Shown here piece by piece: positions 37,734 through 52,480 of a stretch of 64,000 nucleotides of DNA; positions within the stretch are counted from its first letter, which is position 1, and each line of letters begins with the position of its first letter. The notes under the pieces are model-generated. The model was not told the origin of the DNA. It ran no database searches and saw only the letters and a program-made list of their open reading frames with translations. Origin of the DNA: Octopus bimaculoides (taxonomy: Eukaryota); assembly GCF_001194135.2 (NCBI RefSeq), contig NC_068991.1, positions 44,839,898-44,903,897 on the forward strand, written 5' to 3'. The translations under genes were made by a program, and so were the position numbers.

Positions 37734-39989
37734 GCGCTCGCATGTATACTTCATGCACATCTATAAATCAGACATGTTGTGTATATCTATATTAATGTAT
37801 ATTCCAAAGCAACTGCTAACATTCACCTCACTCGACATGAATAAAAAGAAGATATGAAAATAATCAGAAGTGTAAGTATTAGAAGTATTTGTCGAAGAAG
37901 TATTTCCGAAAATGGGATTATAATATCGTCAACCGCTTAGATTGTATATTGGAGGATCTGTATAGAGAGATATCTATGCAACGCTGTTGAGTGTAAGGCA
38001 TAACTAGTAGTTGGTAACGGCCATTTTCAATTGATGAGCTGAAATTCTGTTCATGATCTAACTAGCTGGAAATATCCATATATCTGTTATATTAATACAG
38101 TAACAAAAAGGAAAAAAATAAATAAAGTCTATTCTTATCCGCATCAGACACTGGATTGAATATAGTATTGAGAAAGAATATCCATACAACCATATACATA
38201 CATACATACATACATACATACACACACACTCACACACACACACACATATATATGTATTTATATATGTATATGTATGTATATGTATATATATATATATATA
38301 TATAGATANNNNNNNNNNNNNNNNNNNNATATATATATATTTATATACTCATATCCGTTTAGATGTATATTGCAGAAGGGTGAAATGACTTTAAAATTAG
38401 AATTTGTTCTCGAATGTTTCATGTCGTTAGTTTCCGTTTTTATATTATGCAATTTTCCAACTTTATCCTCTGACTACAATATCTTCCCTTCTCTCCTTTC
38501 CTTAGTAAAACATAACTAAATACATTTCACCCCCATATACACACACAATCATACACACATACACACATGGGTACACGCGTACATACACACATATATTATG
38601 TGGTAAATATTTATAGTTTCTGCATATCTGTGTTCACATACAGAATGGTAATGCAACAAAATACCGCTAACCTAATGCAATCCGACGCTTCATTGTTTAT
38701 ACTTAAACCGGTTAATAAGCATAATTTATGCATATTCCATGGATGGTAGAAAAGAGTTTGTGATATTCACCCCGGTACTCAAGATATTAATGTACTATGT
38801 GGTTTTTTAAGTAAAACTCTAAAAAATTTAACGATGATGTTATGAAAAATTATTGTATAAAATAGAGTTACACTGAAATATGAGTAAGTTCAAAAATAAA
38901 TACGATAGAATAGTGGACTGTAATTATGCAATCACACGCACGCGCACACACACATAAATGTTTGTATAGGCGTATGTGCATGCCTGAGTATTTGTTTACA
39001 TATGTATGTATGTGTGTGTGTGTAAGAGACATTTACACACAAATATATACATACACACGTATACATGAAAGAATACTTAACTACATGATTTAACTATCAT
39101 TTTTCCTGTCTTTACACACACACAAACAGAGAAAGGTAGAAGTGTATAACAGCTATATTTCAAATGTATCATGTCTTCTGAATATTAAATAGTTAGATGT
39201 TGTTCGATCGATTTTCTCTTTCTCTCTCTCTCTCTTTCTCTCTATTTCACTCTCTATCTGTCTGTTTGTCTGTCTATCTATTTCTACGTATATAATGATA
39301 TACTATGATTTAATACAGACACACACACACACATATATGTATATAGATAGATAGATAAATAGATACAAAACGATGTAAAATTAGTATCTGGTTTCATGCC
39401 AGTGCTTCGTACATATGACATCATCGGTTTTTTTTTGTTTAAAAATCTCATTGTTAAAATGTACATGCGCGAGAATCGTCGAGAATTATCGAGAAAAGAT
39501 GTAGAGAAAGGAGTAAAACGAGAGAAAACAGAAATGAACAAAGTGAAAATATAAATGCCATTAAAAAGAAAACGAAAAATTGCTGTACAAGGAATGAAAA
39601 TGAAGGTATAAAATATGAAAGAAATCATGAATGAAATAAGAAAGAACCACATAGAAATTAAACCAGGATTTTTCTAGCATTGTGTTGCGTAATGTCTATA
39701 TGTGATGGAGTGCGTCAGTATTAGAGTGTGTGAGCAAAATTAGTATGTGAGAAGAAACGGATAATAAAGTCGGAAACATCGAGAGATTTACATGATAGGA
39801 GTGCTGAAGATAGAATGAATTTATTGATTTAGATCAATTAGAAAATTTTCTGGCTTCTCCCACCTCATTTTTTTCTATCTCACCACTTCCACAATTTCTC
39901 TTTTACGTACCATGACAAGAGACAAATATATTGTACAAATGGAGTAGACATTCTCATCCTCAACAAATGAACGACAGCATGCACGTACA

Positions 39990-40014
39990 CGCACGCACAC
40001 ACACACACACACAC

Positions 40015-40087
<73 letters not shown>
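39990..40087. repeat. (CA)n microsatellite
   Basis: Near-pure CA run. Confidence 0.95.
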
Positions 40088-40088
<1 letters not shown>

Positions 40089-40380
40089 GTAGACAAGACA
40101 ACGAGGGAGCCTCTACCTGGTCTTCTACTTTACTAGAGAAAGCAGCCAAATCACCTTTAAATCATACCCGACTACGTTATTGGAAGAATACATTAAACAA
40201 TGTGACATTGGATGTACTTAAAGAATGGATGGTCACAGTTGAAATACTTTCCACCTCAGGCCTGTTCGATCAGGGCTGGCTGTAGCTAAGCAATAGCAAT
40301 AATAGCAGTAATGTAATATTTTATGTATAAATTCACCACCATTCCCTGACTCGACGCATCTCTCCTATGATACCCGTACC

Positions 40381-40415
<35 letters not shown>

Positions 40416-40425
40416 NNNNNNNNNN

Positions 40426-40463
<38 letters not shown>

Positions 40464-40605
40464 GTGTACACTTACCAACATAGTACATATATATGTATAT
40501 ATATATATATATGCATATACATACATACGTACATGCATATATATATATATATAAATATGCATATAGATACATACGTACACACACATATATATATAAATAT
40601 GCATA

Positions 40606-40669
<64 letters not shown>

Positions 40670-41889
40670 TAAAAGGGTAAAGGATTATCAATTTATTAAT
40701 TTATTAATAAATTAACAATTAATAATTTTTACCAAGCCCTTCGGTATGTAAGCACCATTATCGGTGAGGAACTTATTTAAAAGTTCTTATACATTTATAA
40801 ACATAATTAAGGGATCAGCAACAGTTGCTTCACCACATACCGAAGTTCAGAAATAGCAGCTAAAATGCTGAAACTCCAACAGATAGCATTACCTGTAACT
40901 AGGTGATAGCTGGACCTGTTAGAAAATGTAGCTAAATTTGCCCCATATTACTACTGTGTTGTAAAGAAAAGAGACATATTGGATATACCGCAGTCGAAGA
41001 CATACAAATGCCAGAAAAAAATGTACATGTTAGTCATGGCTGGAATGTTTTTTATCCTAGTTCTGCTGAATGATAATTCATTTGAATTTATTAACTAAAC
41101 AGCAACAATACTAATAAGAACATCGACGATCAATGAAATAGTGGTGAACATATTAAACGCACGACAAGCAATCAAGGAATGAAATTATTCCATATCTTAT
41201 GAGTTTACTTCTGTTTGTTTCCTATGTATGTATGTATGTATGTATGTATGTATGTATGTATGTATGTATGTATGTATGTATGTATCTATCTATCACGTTC
41301 ATCCATATATATATATATATTGATGTCATATATATACATACCTCTATACATATTTATGTATATATTCATCTATATACATATCTATGTATATAGATTCACA
41401 CACGCGCGCTCACACACTCATATGCATCTATATATGCATACATACGTACATTTACACACAAATACACACTCATATATGAGGCCACAACAACTGTATGGAA
41501 AATAAGCAGAGTAAATTTCAAGGTGAAGGAGTGGTCAAAGCAAAATCAAAGACTTCGTTACTCAACTAATAACTAATAACGTTCTTTGCAGCAATCTCTA
41601 AAGTCTCCACGTAGTCCAGAAATATGGTAGTGTGTGGTGGTGGTGCGGGGAAGGGATTTGAGAAGCGCAGGATCTTCCAGATCTTTAGAAATATCCTTGC
41701 CAGTCGATGAATTATGGACTTGCCTATACCGACTGATAACCTCTCTGTGATTTTTTCCGAAATGCGAAAGTTGTCAGTTTATTAATAACATTAGTAATCT
41801 AACAAACATTATATAACAGATATTTGAGAAAAAACTCGTTATAGTCTTTCCGTTTAGTTAGAAGGCAAAAGGAATTACTAGCAATGTCG

Positions 41890-42060
41890 GTTTCAAACTT
41901 TGGTACAAGGCCAGGAATTTCAGGGTAAGTCGATTTCTCGACCCCAGTCATCAACTGGTCATTATTTCATCAATTCCGAAAGAATGAAAGGCAAAGTCGA
42001 CCTCAGCGCATTTTGAATTCAGAACGTAAAGACGGACGAAATACCGCTAAGCATTTTGAA
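41890..42060 (-). mobile_element. SINE family A copy
   Basis: GAAAGAATGAAAGGCAAAGTCGACCTCAGCGCATTTTGAATTCAGAACGTAAAGACGGACGAAATACCGCTAAGCATTT. Confidence 0.85.
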
Positions 42061-42104
42061 TTACTGACAATATCGGCATCTGTTATGTTAATTTCTCTGT
42101 GTTG

Positions 42105-42138
42105 ATTGTAGATTGTAGTAGTAGTAGTAGTAGTAGTG

Positions 42139-42170
<32 letters not shown>

Positions 42171-42385
42171 TTCCAATTGCACACAAACACATAGACAATT
42201 ATTTTATTCTTGTGCTTACAAACACTCCCACGCACACAATTAGCCATTTGGCATTTGAGCGATCCTTCTTTAACCATAAATACATACATACATACATACA
42301 TGCATACATACATACATACATAGGTATGTGTGTGTATCTATTCTACCTACCTACCTACCTACCTACCTACCTACCTACCTACCTG

Positions 42386-42432
<47 letters not shown>

Positions 42433-42444
42433 ACTATACCTACT

Positions 42445-42475
<31 letters not shown>

Positions 42476-42742
42476 ATATATATATGTATATTTGTATATA
42501 TTACAGTCATCTATCGTATGTCTATATATATATATATGCATATACATTATACACACACATTTACACAGGTATATGTAAGTGTTCACCCATACATACTACA
42601 CATATTTTCTTGCTCAAATTGTTTTTTTACAATATCTAATATGATTTTTTATACACATGATATGCATATGCGCACTCACACATTCACACACGCTCCCCTC
42701 CCACACAGATCTACACAACCCACATCGAGGGAGAGGAAGAGA

Positions 42743-42828
<86 letters not shown>

Positions 42829-42830
42829 AG
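42105..42830. repeat. Compound microsatellite region: (TAG)n, (TACA)n, (ACCT)n, (ATCT)n, (TC)n, (TA)n, (GA)n
   Basis: Several adjacent simple-repeat runs separated by short unique spacers. Confidence 0.9.
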
Positions 42831-43714
42831 AAGAAAAGAGTAAGAAAATATTTCAAATGTCAACCTGTGTATGTATGTGCACGCGCGCGTATATCTCTCT
42901 GAACATGATTCTGCATGCTCCCCTGTACGTTTGTGTTGTGAAATGCACGTGAAAATGCTGTGTTCTGAGCAAATTTTGGGCCATTAATTTTCTCATTTTA
43001 TTTCATATAACTTGTATTGTTTAACAATAGTATCAACAAATTAATCTACCACTAGCAAAGCAGGTGACTTCTATTTTGTTATTGGACCTGTTAGAAACAG
43101 CAGGCAAATCTTCCTCAAAGCACGCCCACCTACCTTAGAAAAGATTGTATCGAATAATATGACTAAGATTGTGGATTCCTTGTTCAGAGAAAAAAGACAG
43201 AGTGGTCATCGATGGATTGCCTCTAACCACTGATCTGCTCAATCAAGACTGATCATCATGCTAAGCGACAATGCAAATATTATCCCAATAACGTGTTAGC
43301 ATGGAGACTTCAACGTGGTTATTTGATATGCCAAAAAATAACGTCCAATTCTCCCTCAAATTTCATTTTACTGTCTTAAAAACTGAAAGAAAGCATTGTA
43401 AACATGCAGTACTTAACATACTAAGTCAAGATGGTTGCGGCTTGGGCTAAACAAAACCAACAAGTTTCTCCCGCTTTTTTGATCGAGAAACAGCAACAGT
43501 AACAAAGCGACAAGACACCTAACCATGAAGTACATTTGACACAACTGACGTTGCTCAGATTATTGATGCATTAGTAGTTATTTTGATAATGAAGTTCTGT
43601 ATTCTGATGATGATGATGATGATGATGACGACGACGACGACGACGATGATGATGATGATGATAATGATGAAGATTGAATGGTGATGATGGTGGTAGCTGA
43701 GAAATGAAAAAAAA

Positions 43715-43950
43715 TTGTCCGCCTTGGTGGAATTTGACCTTAGAAATACAAAAGGGCATATTTAGATACTGCAAGGCATTTAAGCTCATATTCTACTGTC
43801 TGTGCCAACCCCAACTCTAAAATTATATTCTATCGATCTAGAAGCATATGACATGAACTTGACACCGGCATGTTCAGAACTTAGAATGTAAAAATCGTAT
43901 CCAAATTCCGGAAGAGGTTTTCTATGCCCATCTAACGGCTCTAACATTGG
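43715..43950 (-). mobile_element. Two degraded partial SINE family A heads
   Basis: CCTTGGTGGAATTTGACCTTAGAAATACAAAAGG and GAACTTGACACCGGCATGTTCAGAACTTAGAATGTAAAAATCG resemble the family A head region. Confidence 0.45.
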
Positions 43951-45099
43951 ATATTATCATTAGAAAATCTAACGTGATTGTAAGTAAAATTACGTACACG
44001 TAATTAGTTTTATCATATAGATTCCAGAAATAGGCATGAGACCCTGAAGAATGACTAACTAGTCATTCGCTTACTGCAATAAAACCTGAGCCAAATCTAA
44101 GCTATTAATGAAAAATGTTTACCGGTGTCACCAAATACAACATTTAGTATTCACAACCAATAATAAAGAATTTGGAGCAATGTTGTGTGCTTCTGTTATG
44201 ACTGAGACTTATCAGAATGTATTTTTGATACATTGATAACAGGGCTGTGAATTAAAGAATCATTGAAGTACCGAGCCTATTTCCTCTGGTGTTTAGTTAC
44301 ATCTCTTTATATTCTGAGCTCGGATCATGACGATGTTACTTTTCACCCTACCGGAGTCGTTATAGTAAGCACCTTTCAAGCAATACAACTAATTTGGAGT
44401 AATCAGTGTACACCATCATTTTATGTTGCACAAATGGTTTTTATGAGATAAAAGTATATGCTCATTGATGTATTATCAGTTTAATCATTAATTACCACAT
44501 TATTTTAGGTAACTAATCATTTATGTGAAGATTGATTTCTTTTGAACGTGTCTGCGCGTGCTCACACACATATCCTACAGAGAAAGATTCTGTCGAGTAA
44601 TGGCAGAAAAAATTTCCCGTCAACCACATTTATTTACTAAAAAGACACATCGGATAATGTAGTCCGTGGTATACAACTCCTGACGAAAAAGAAATTAAAA
44701 AAATGAAAGATGGAAGAGATTGAAGGACTAGGAGCTACGTTTGGACATCTCTGATTACAGGTCTGCTGGACCAGGGCTATCGTGGCTGTTCTAGGACGAC
44801 AGCAACAACAGTAATACCAGCAACATGTAATTTAAAGATATCTGCATTATTATTATCATTAGAGAGAAGTTGTTGGAGGAAGGCTGCTGAATAAGAGGTT
44901 TGAGGGTCTTTAACAAAAAGCAGATCTATTGGAATCCCACTGTGTGATCAATGGCATGTGGTGTTTTGCCTTATTTCTGTGACTCTTATTCCCGAATAAC
45001 TGACAACCAAATGAAGCTTATATTTTTCTTTTAACTCCGTTTGGGTCAAAAAAGAAAATTTTACTATTCATAGTCAATGTAGAGGTAGGCGAAAGGCTT

Positions 45100-47400
45100 T
45101 TTGCCGGTTTGCTCTCAATATAGGCGTATTTAGGTATGAGTCTTGGGATTGTTATGAATATACTTTGGTACCACTTTAAAAGTTTCTCAAGTTATGTTGT
45201 TATAATGTTAAAATGGAAAATTGGCAGAATCCTTACAGCATTAATTAATTCTCTGAGGTCTGAGTTCAGATCAACTTTGCATTTCACTCTTTCAGAGTAT
45301 ATAAAGCACCAGTCTAATAATACTGGACAAGATTTTCTCTCTCTCGTCTCCCTCTATCTCTCTCTGTACTATACCTCTAAATCAAAGTATCCAGTTTGCC
45401 AATTTGTGTCAGAAAGATTCCACCTGAAAATTACCTTAGGGACATACATATCTGTAGCACAAACATCTGTTTTAACATTAATTTCAGAAGTACGAATTCA
45501 ATTGGTTGAAAAAACTAAACGCTTGTCGTCGAGACCTACGGAAAATTCACCGTTATAATGCTAGATGTGGCCTATTGGAGGTTGTAACACTGCCCAAGAA
45601 TAATGAATATTATTCCCATAACTATAGAGTGGAACTGAGTTGAGGAACATTGTGAGAATGGTTGCTTCAGACGGTTGGTATTTTTCGCTTGCAATGTTAT
45701 TTTAGTGACCCTACCGAAAAGAAAAGCAGCCTTCCAAAACATAGTTTTTGTTTTGTTACCACATTGTTGTAACTCAAAGGAAACTATGAAAGGAATTAAC
45801 TGATATATTTTGCCTGTGATGTAACACAAGTGAATGCAAATATTCGGAGAAGCAAAGGGTGCTATTATATTATTGGCTGTTGATTGACAGCATATCAAAT
45901 CCCCTAGTTCATTTTGAATTAGTGTGAGAGCTTCAACATGGTCTGTCGGCTGTTGAAAATTGCTATCAGATTTCCCTCAAATTATATTACTATGTCTTCA
46001 AAAATGGCGCATTGGCGTATATAATTCGAAATATATGCTAGAAAAAGTATTGGATAGCTATAGTTGAAGTGACTGAGCTCTGTCAGGATTGGCATGGACT
46101 TAAACAATAACAGCAGCAGCAGTAGCAGCAGCAACAACAACAACAACAACAACTGCAGCAGCAGAAACAACAATAAATATAACAGCAGCTTGGATCATGG
46201 TTGATCCAAATTAAACCGCTAATATATTTGACCTACACCATACACAACAAGCAATACATAATATATTGTATATAACAAACTCCAGAGTTGTCAATATGTC
46301 AATATTGTTGGCACGCAAGATGACGGAGAAATCAGTGGATTTATTAAAGTATTTTTCAATAAAGTGGGTCTCAGCAGACGAGTCAAAAGAAGGGCAGGAA
46401 GTCAAATAATGGTAGTGAAGTTGAAGGAAAGGAAAAGTCAAGGTATGTAGTTAGAGAGCTGTTGGTGTGTAGTCCCATACCCAGTCACTCTGATTGTGTT
46501 CCAGAAGCGTTCCAACTGGCATACTATAAGTTGATCAGTTGGGATGGTAGGTTCTGATTTTAAGGAAATTTGGCTACCGTTTCTAACATACCTTAACGGT
46601 AACTTGCAGGATCTTCCTTGTTGGCACATGGAGATGATTTTGGTAGGATTTCTATGGAATTTACTCTGGATACGGACGATTCCTGAAAGGGCACTGCTGA
46701 GGTTTGTGAAAATGTGAACAAAATTGGAGACTTGAAGCATATGAGAGCCCAAACAAATTCTTCTTGAACATTCAAAGAAAGATATTTCACACGTTTCCAA
46801 TCTCATTTACATTTGATTATGTCAAATAATAATAATAAAAAAAAAACCTTTGCGGCATTTTTGTACATTCCAAATACTCGATTATAATCGAAGTTAAAAT
46901 GAAACAAATTCACAAAATCATTAGTATATGAAAGCATTTCAAATCATCATTTTGTACTCCATGTTTCCAAAAAGTATTTTTTCAGAGCACTTCATTTGTG
47001 TTTATCAAAGGCAAAGCGTTTGAGCTCTCTCTCAACACTTTATTTTTGAAGTCGTCTCAAAGCTCATCCCTTTGACAACTATCCAGCTGTCGCACTTTCG
47101 TGTGTAGTAAAATTTTTAACTCGGACACCATACAAATATCTGATAATAGCTCGGTTGTATTTATAACGTCGGCCATGTTGGTCAGCTGAATAGCACATTC
47201 ATTATTTTCGTCAATTTTTCAATGAATTGTGCGATTTAGGTATTGCTAATTTCTGCAATTCTTTCACATTCCTTATCGTTTGACAATGGGATTTTGCCTT
47301 CTTTTATCAGCATAATGTTTTATCGCTAATAGCATATAGTTTCTCAGATTTTGTAGCTTAAGGATTCGTGTTTTCAAAAAAGTCTTGGTTTAATACTTTT
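45100..47400 (-). mobile_element. Probable decayed CR1/L2-group LINE ORF2 (RT) remnant, interrupted by a family D copy
   Basis: Minus-strand fragments EGKIPLSNDKECERIAEI (EN-RT linker-like, about 47280), LFGRVTKI (resembling LFADDTKI, about 45710) and VGLDDKRLVF (resembling LGVxxDxKLxF, about 45520) occur in the expected order. Heavily mutated. Confidence 0.45.
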
Positions 47401-48854
47401 GAAGTTTTGAACTAAGTTTTCAATAAATAAATAAATAAATCTGTATAGGAAGCTTCTCTTGTACCAGGGTGTCCTTGTAATTTAGTAGGCTTCATTCTTC
47501 CATTTACCTAATATTCCTTACAGATTAAGTAAAATGTTCTGAACGATTCTCTTCATATTGTGGAACCATTCGTGTTGCTCATATTGTGGAGCCATTCGTA
47601 TTGTAGAAACATTCGTGGTAATTTCTCGCATTTCTGTACGGGAGTGTTTCAGTCCCTTATTAGGTCGTGTTTGCTGCATCCAAGTGCTGTCATAATTTAT
47701 ATCTCAGCATTATTATCTAACCATTTAGCAATGGGGAGAATTTTTCAATTTCATTTAATGAAAAAATTTAACTAATGTTTTGAAAATAACTGTAAAACAT
47801 CTTAACAACTGACGTAAATTAGTTACGATGAATTTATATGTACTTAAAATGCATAATGAAGTCGAAATTAAAACATTAAAACTTTATCTTTATATACTTT
47901 GAATTCATTTAACGTTATTTTAGACTGGAAAACAGAAAAGAATTGCATCCTTATTTCTTGATCTCACAAAATAAACCCCTGCCTTGATAAAATCGAAGTA
48001 TCTCAAAAAGTGTCAACTATTGCGACACAGTTCATTGTCAATATATAATTTGCTTTCAGATAGAGAAATCAAAATCATGTTTGTAAACGTACAGGGTATG
48101 TATGTCATTGAAAACATCCACTACCTTCTCTTAAATTCACGACTGAACATAATATGACACAACTGTGCCGAGCCATAATACCAAGTATGCTACTATAAAA
48201 TAATTATACTAAACTTACAAAATGATTCTGGATAAAAAATATAGCAATTATTGAGTATTACTAATCAAAATAACTATTGATTATTGGACAAAGATTTCTG
48301 CAATATATGGCAGGCCTTAGAAGTCGGTACTCTCAGTGTAGGATACACTCTCAGTGTATGGAAACTGAACAATATCAGAACAACGTTAGTCCATTTAACA
48401 GTTAATTTGTTCTTCTGATTTTTCCACCTTTATATAGACAAATTTTCTTGGGCCTATTGTTTAAGTAAATAATTTTATAAGCATAAAAAGTTTTAATAAA
48501 AAAAAAAACGAACAAATTTTATTATTCTCCGTGAAAGTTCCTCGATCTTATGGTGAATCGCGACCCACAATTTAATAACGACTAGTTTATAAGACAGTTG
48601 CTCAACTGTAAATTTCACTAACGTTGAAACTAGCTTTCATTCACTCACTCATTCAATCAATTGTTCGTTCACTCATTTACTGAAAACTTGGTATTGCTGT
48701 CTGCTGCTATGTATATTGATTATTTAGTTTTTAAGAAACCACCCACCTTCTCTCTCGTTCACACTCTTTCACATACACATTCACCCCTCTATCATTAGCT
48801 ATCTATATAACTGGCTGCTTATTCATTGATCAAGCAATGTATATGTCTGTCTGC

Positions 48855-48939
<85 letters not shown>

Positions 48940-48948
48940 CATCTATCC

Positions 48949-48986
<38 letters not shown>

Positions 48987-48987
48987 A

Positions 48988-49030
<43 letters not shown>

Positions 49031-49045
49031 TTATCTATCTATCTA
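48855..49045. repeat. (TATC)n microsatellite followed by degenerate (TGTC)n
   Basis: Long tandem TATC run. Confidence 0.95.
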
Positions 49046-49500
49046 CCTGCCTGTCTGTCTGCTTGCTTGCATGTCTGTCTGCCTCATTGTATGCCTGACT
49101 GCCTGCATGTCTGTAGGCCTGCATGTCTGTCTATCTGTTTGTCTGTCTAACATGTACACTAAAGTATAATACAGACACGTACAAAGAAATGCACTCTCAT
49201 TGACACATACACAGATTCTCTTTCTCTGTCTTACTCTCTACCTCTCACAACATAGATATAAATGTGTGCATGCACGAACACACGCACAATATATACCTAC
49301 CACACCCGAACACACCTGTTTAGATGCATTAATAGCAACATATCCTGCTGCAAAATAGCCACAATAATATGATTCAGAAACAAAAGTAGAACTATTGGTA
49401 AATATATAAAGCTCCCCCTTATTCAACCATCAGTAGTGTTACTAAGAACATATTTCCCTCTTTCACCTTCGAATTTCTCTCTCTCTCACTCTCTCTCTCC

Positions 49501-49605
<105 letters not shown>

Positions 49606-50099
49606 ACAGACGTATATGGTTACACGTATGTGGTTTAAAAGGTGCACTGGATGGCGCATCATGTTACCAAAAGGTTTGAGCTCAGTAGAAATGTTCCACA
49701 CTCCACTCCTATGTACGACGTTGTTTGAGAACAACCATAATAGCTTCAGTATAGAATATGAGCCACCATACAGAAAAAGACTGGACACAGAAAACGTAGA
49801 TAGTATTTTATGCTTTATATAATTTTCATTGCGTTGTATTTTTGCTGATAATACTGATGAAGTGGGTCGACTCTATTGTGCTGTGTAATAGGGCCAACCG
49901 GCTTACGTAACAACAGCAGTCGGTTTATTGTAATTCGTGTATATTACATAAAGCATAAGATATCGGTTACGTATCTCTGATATACCAACTGGGACTTCGT
50001 TTGTATCCAATGATGTAAACTAGTTCACTTTTTTGTGTGCAATTGTGTACGTTGCTTAGAGAGTGGAATTGGCACTGAGAGACGAATTGGCACTCTTGC

Positions 50100-51422
50100 T
50101 TCGCTATCTTTTGATATTTAGTATTTCTATTATATATGATGAATATTTTGGCTAGCCGTAGCCTAAGGAAAACACGTAACGAAGAATTGCAGACAAAACT
50201 GTGGGTTCACAGAGCCGATATTCTAACAAATTTGCAGTATGCTAGAAAGATACAAACTGTTTACAAAAGGTTCGCCAAAAATCTTAATGGATACCATCTG
50301 CACTGCTTATTCAAAATACTGCAAATTTGTTGATAGACCTATACCTGCTGATTCCATATTAGGAAATGTAGGTACCATGCATTTGAGCAAATCAAGAACA
50401 GGTAAGCTGAGCAAAAAGGAGTATTAACACAGTCTATACATGCTGTACATTAGTATGCAACACCTGATCAACTGACATATTGAAAGAGTTACTCCTCTTG
50501 CCACCATAGTTGACACTGAGTGGAAATTAACGGTCTTGTTTTCAAAAAATTAATCGTGTGCTCTCCAATATCACCAGCGTCTCGTCATTTCTGACCCAAA
50601 CTTTATTAATCTTTCACCTTATTTTCCAACATATATTAAGAATGATAACTGTTCTCCAAGAGTTCTGAAGAATTCAGTAAAGAGCACCCAAATTTATAAA
50701 CTTCATATATCTCCATAGATATATACACATACGTATATATNNNNNNNNNNNNNNNNNNNNNNNNNNNNNNNNNNNNNNNNNNNNNNNNNNNNNNNNNNNN
50801 NNNNNNNNNNNNNNNNNNNNNNNNNNNNNNNNNNNNNNNNNNNNNNNNNNNNNNNNNNNNNNNNNNNNNNNNNNNNNNNNNNNNNNNNNNNNNNNNNNNN
50901 NNNNNNNNNNNNNNNNNNNNNNNNNNNNNNNNNNNNNNNNNNNNNNNNNNNNNNNNNNNNNNNNNNNNNNNNNNNNNNNNNNNNNNNNNNNNNNNNNNNN
51001 NNNNNNNNNNNNNNNNNNNNNNNNNNNNNNNNNNNNNNNNNNNNNNNNNNNNNNNNNNNNNNNNNNNNNNNNNNNNNNNNNNNNNNNNNNNNNNNNNNNN
51101 NNNNNNNNNNNNNNNNNNNNNNNNNNNNNNNNNNNNNNNNNNNNNNNNNNNNNNNNNNNNNNNNNNNNNNNNNNNNNNNNNNNNNNNNNNNNNNNNNNNN
51201 NNNNNNNNNNNNNNNNNNNNNNNNNNNNNNNNNNNNNNNNNNNNNNNNNNNNNNNNNNNNNNNNNNNNNNNNNNNNNNNNNNNNNNNNNNNNNNNNNNNN
51301 NNNNNNNNNNNNNNNNNNNNNNNNNNNNNNNNNNNNNNNNNNNNNNNNNNNNNNNNNNNNNNNNNNNNNNNNNNNNNNNNNNNNNNNNNNNNNNNNNNNN
51401 NNNNNNNNNNNNNNNNNNNNNN

Positions 51423-51459
<37 letters not shown>

Positions 51460-52480
51460 TTTTTGTTGTTATTTTAAAGAAAGTCTAAGAATAAGAATAA
51501 TAGTTTTGCCGATGAGGAGACTCAATACCAAAATATGATACCAAAGTTAAAGATTATACAACTGCTCGCATAAGATGTCCATTTCGAACAAAAGGAGAAA
51601 CCGCTGTTTCCCCACATAATTTTAGTGCTGAAGATGCAAATCATTTGTTGCTTTTCAATGGTCATTGTGAATCTGTGTCTGTATGCAATCAAATTTCATG
51701 ACCTAACTACAACTGGGCTCAACAGGCCACCTCCAGTGTCTCTTGATATGCTTCCATGTATGCATCAACATATCCAAATCTTTCATTAAGAAAAGGTAAG
51801 TTTGCAAGTAGATTAATGATTGGATACTTCAATCTGGATGGAATTAACCCACATATATTTTGAAACCAACTAATTTCAGTGACAGTTTAACTTTATGAAT
51901 GAGTTTCCTTTGTGTCGCAATTCGTACTTGAGCCGAGAAGACACAACACAAGTTTTTTTTTTTTTGGCTAGTGTACAGTAAACACTCCAGTGCTGCTCAT
52001 AAAATCTCAGCTGATAAAACTCTTCTCTCGGTCTTCCACATGGTAATCTATAATTTTTGTTTCTAATATTCCAAGAATAAACCAGGATCACTAACTTCAG
52101 CATACCTGTCCGACAAAGCAGACTACAGAGTAATTGTAGATTAACTAACATCACTGGTTTTTCATTCATACTTCTTCTGAAATCAAAGAGAAATGGCAGA
52201 CGGTTGAAGAAATATTCCCCCAATATATGCTCAAACCACACTTCAACATAATTCGTAAAATAAAATAGAAGATCTAGGAGAATAAAAGGCCCCATTTAGA
52301 AAATCCAGAGATTAAATAAAGACAATTAATCAACTAAAATAGTACCAGTAGCTGTCGAAAACGATAGAAATAACTCTGAAATCGAAAAAATATCTTTCTA
52401 TCAGCACTCAAAGGAACTTGGGACTGAGTCTTTGAGAAATTTAAGCAGAACCTATAGTGTTGTACACATTTACAAAATGT
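50100..52480 (+). mobile_element. Possible very old RLE-type (R4/Dong-like) LINE remnant spanning a gap
   Basis: Weak broken-frame motifs VDR/LYL (about 50330), RCPFRTKGETAVSHII (knuckle-like, about 51573) and TKIVPVAVE (resembling TxIIPVVVG, about 52333). Confidence 0.3.

Larger units (their letters stand above)
40130..46180 (+). mobile_element. Cluster of six family D short repeats (about 40130-40300, 40850-41112, 43080-43272, 43290-43465, 44580-44815, 45925-46180)
   Basis: Shared motifs GGACCTGTTAGAAA(T/C)AGCAG(C)CAAAT(C/T)TCCCTCAAA and GGTC(T/A)GCT..ATCAGGGCT...GCTAA(G/A)CAACAAC. All copies are on the + strand and most end in CAA/CAG-rich tails. They are interspersed with other sequence rather than contiguous. 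Confidence 0.6.

Noticed and set aside
44044-44070. CTGAAGA followed by a perfect hairpin ATGAC-TAACTA-GTCAT as a hammerhead
   Set aside because: No GAAA follows stem II and no stem I or III can be formed.
45136-45558. 140-aa plus-strand ORF (and the 139-aa minus-strand ORF at 51876-52295)
   Set aside because: Both lie antisense to decayed LINE-like sequence and contain no recognisable domain.
49855-49920. CTGATGA followed by a hairpin as a hammerhead
   Set aside because: It lacks GAAAC and a cleavage-site helix, so it is compatible with chance.
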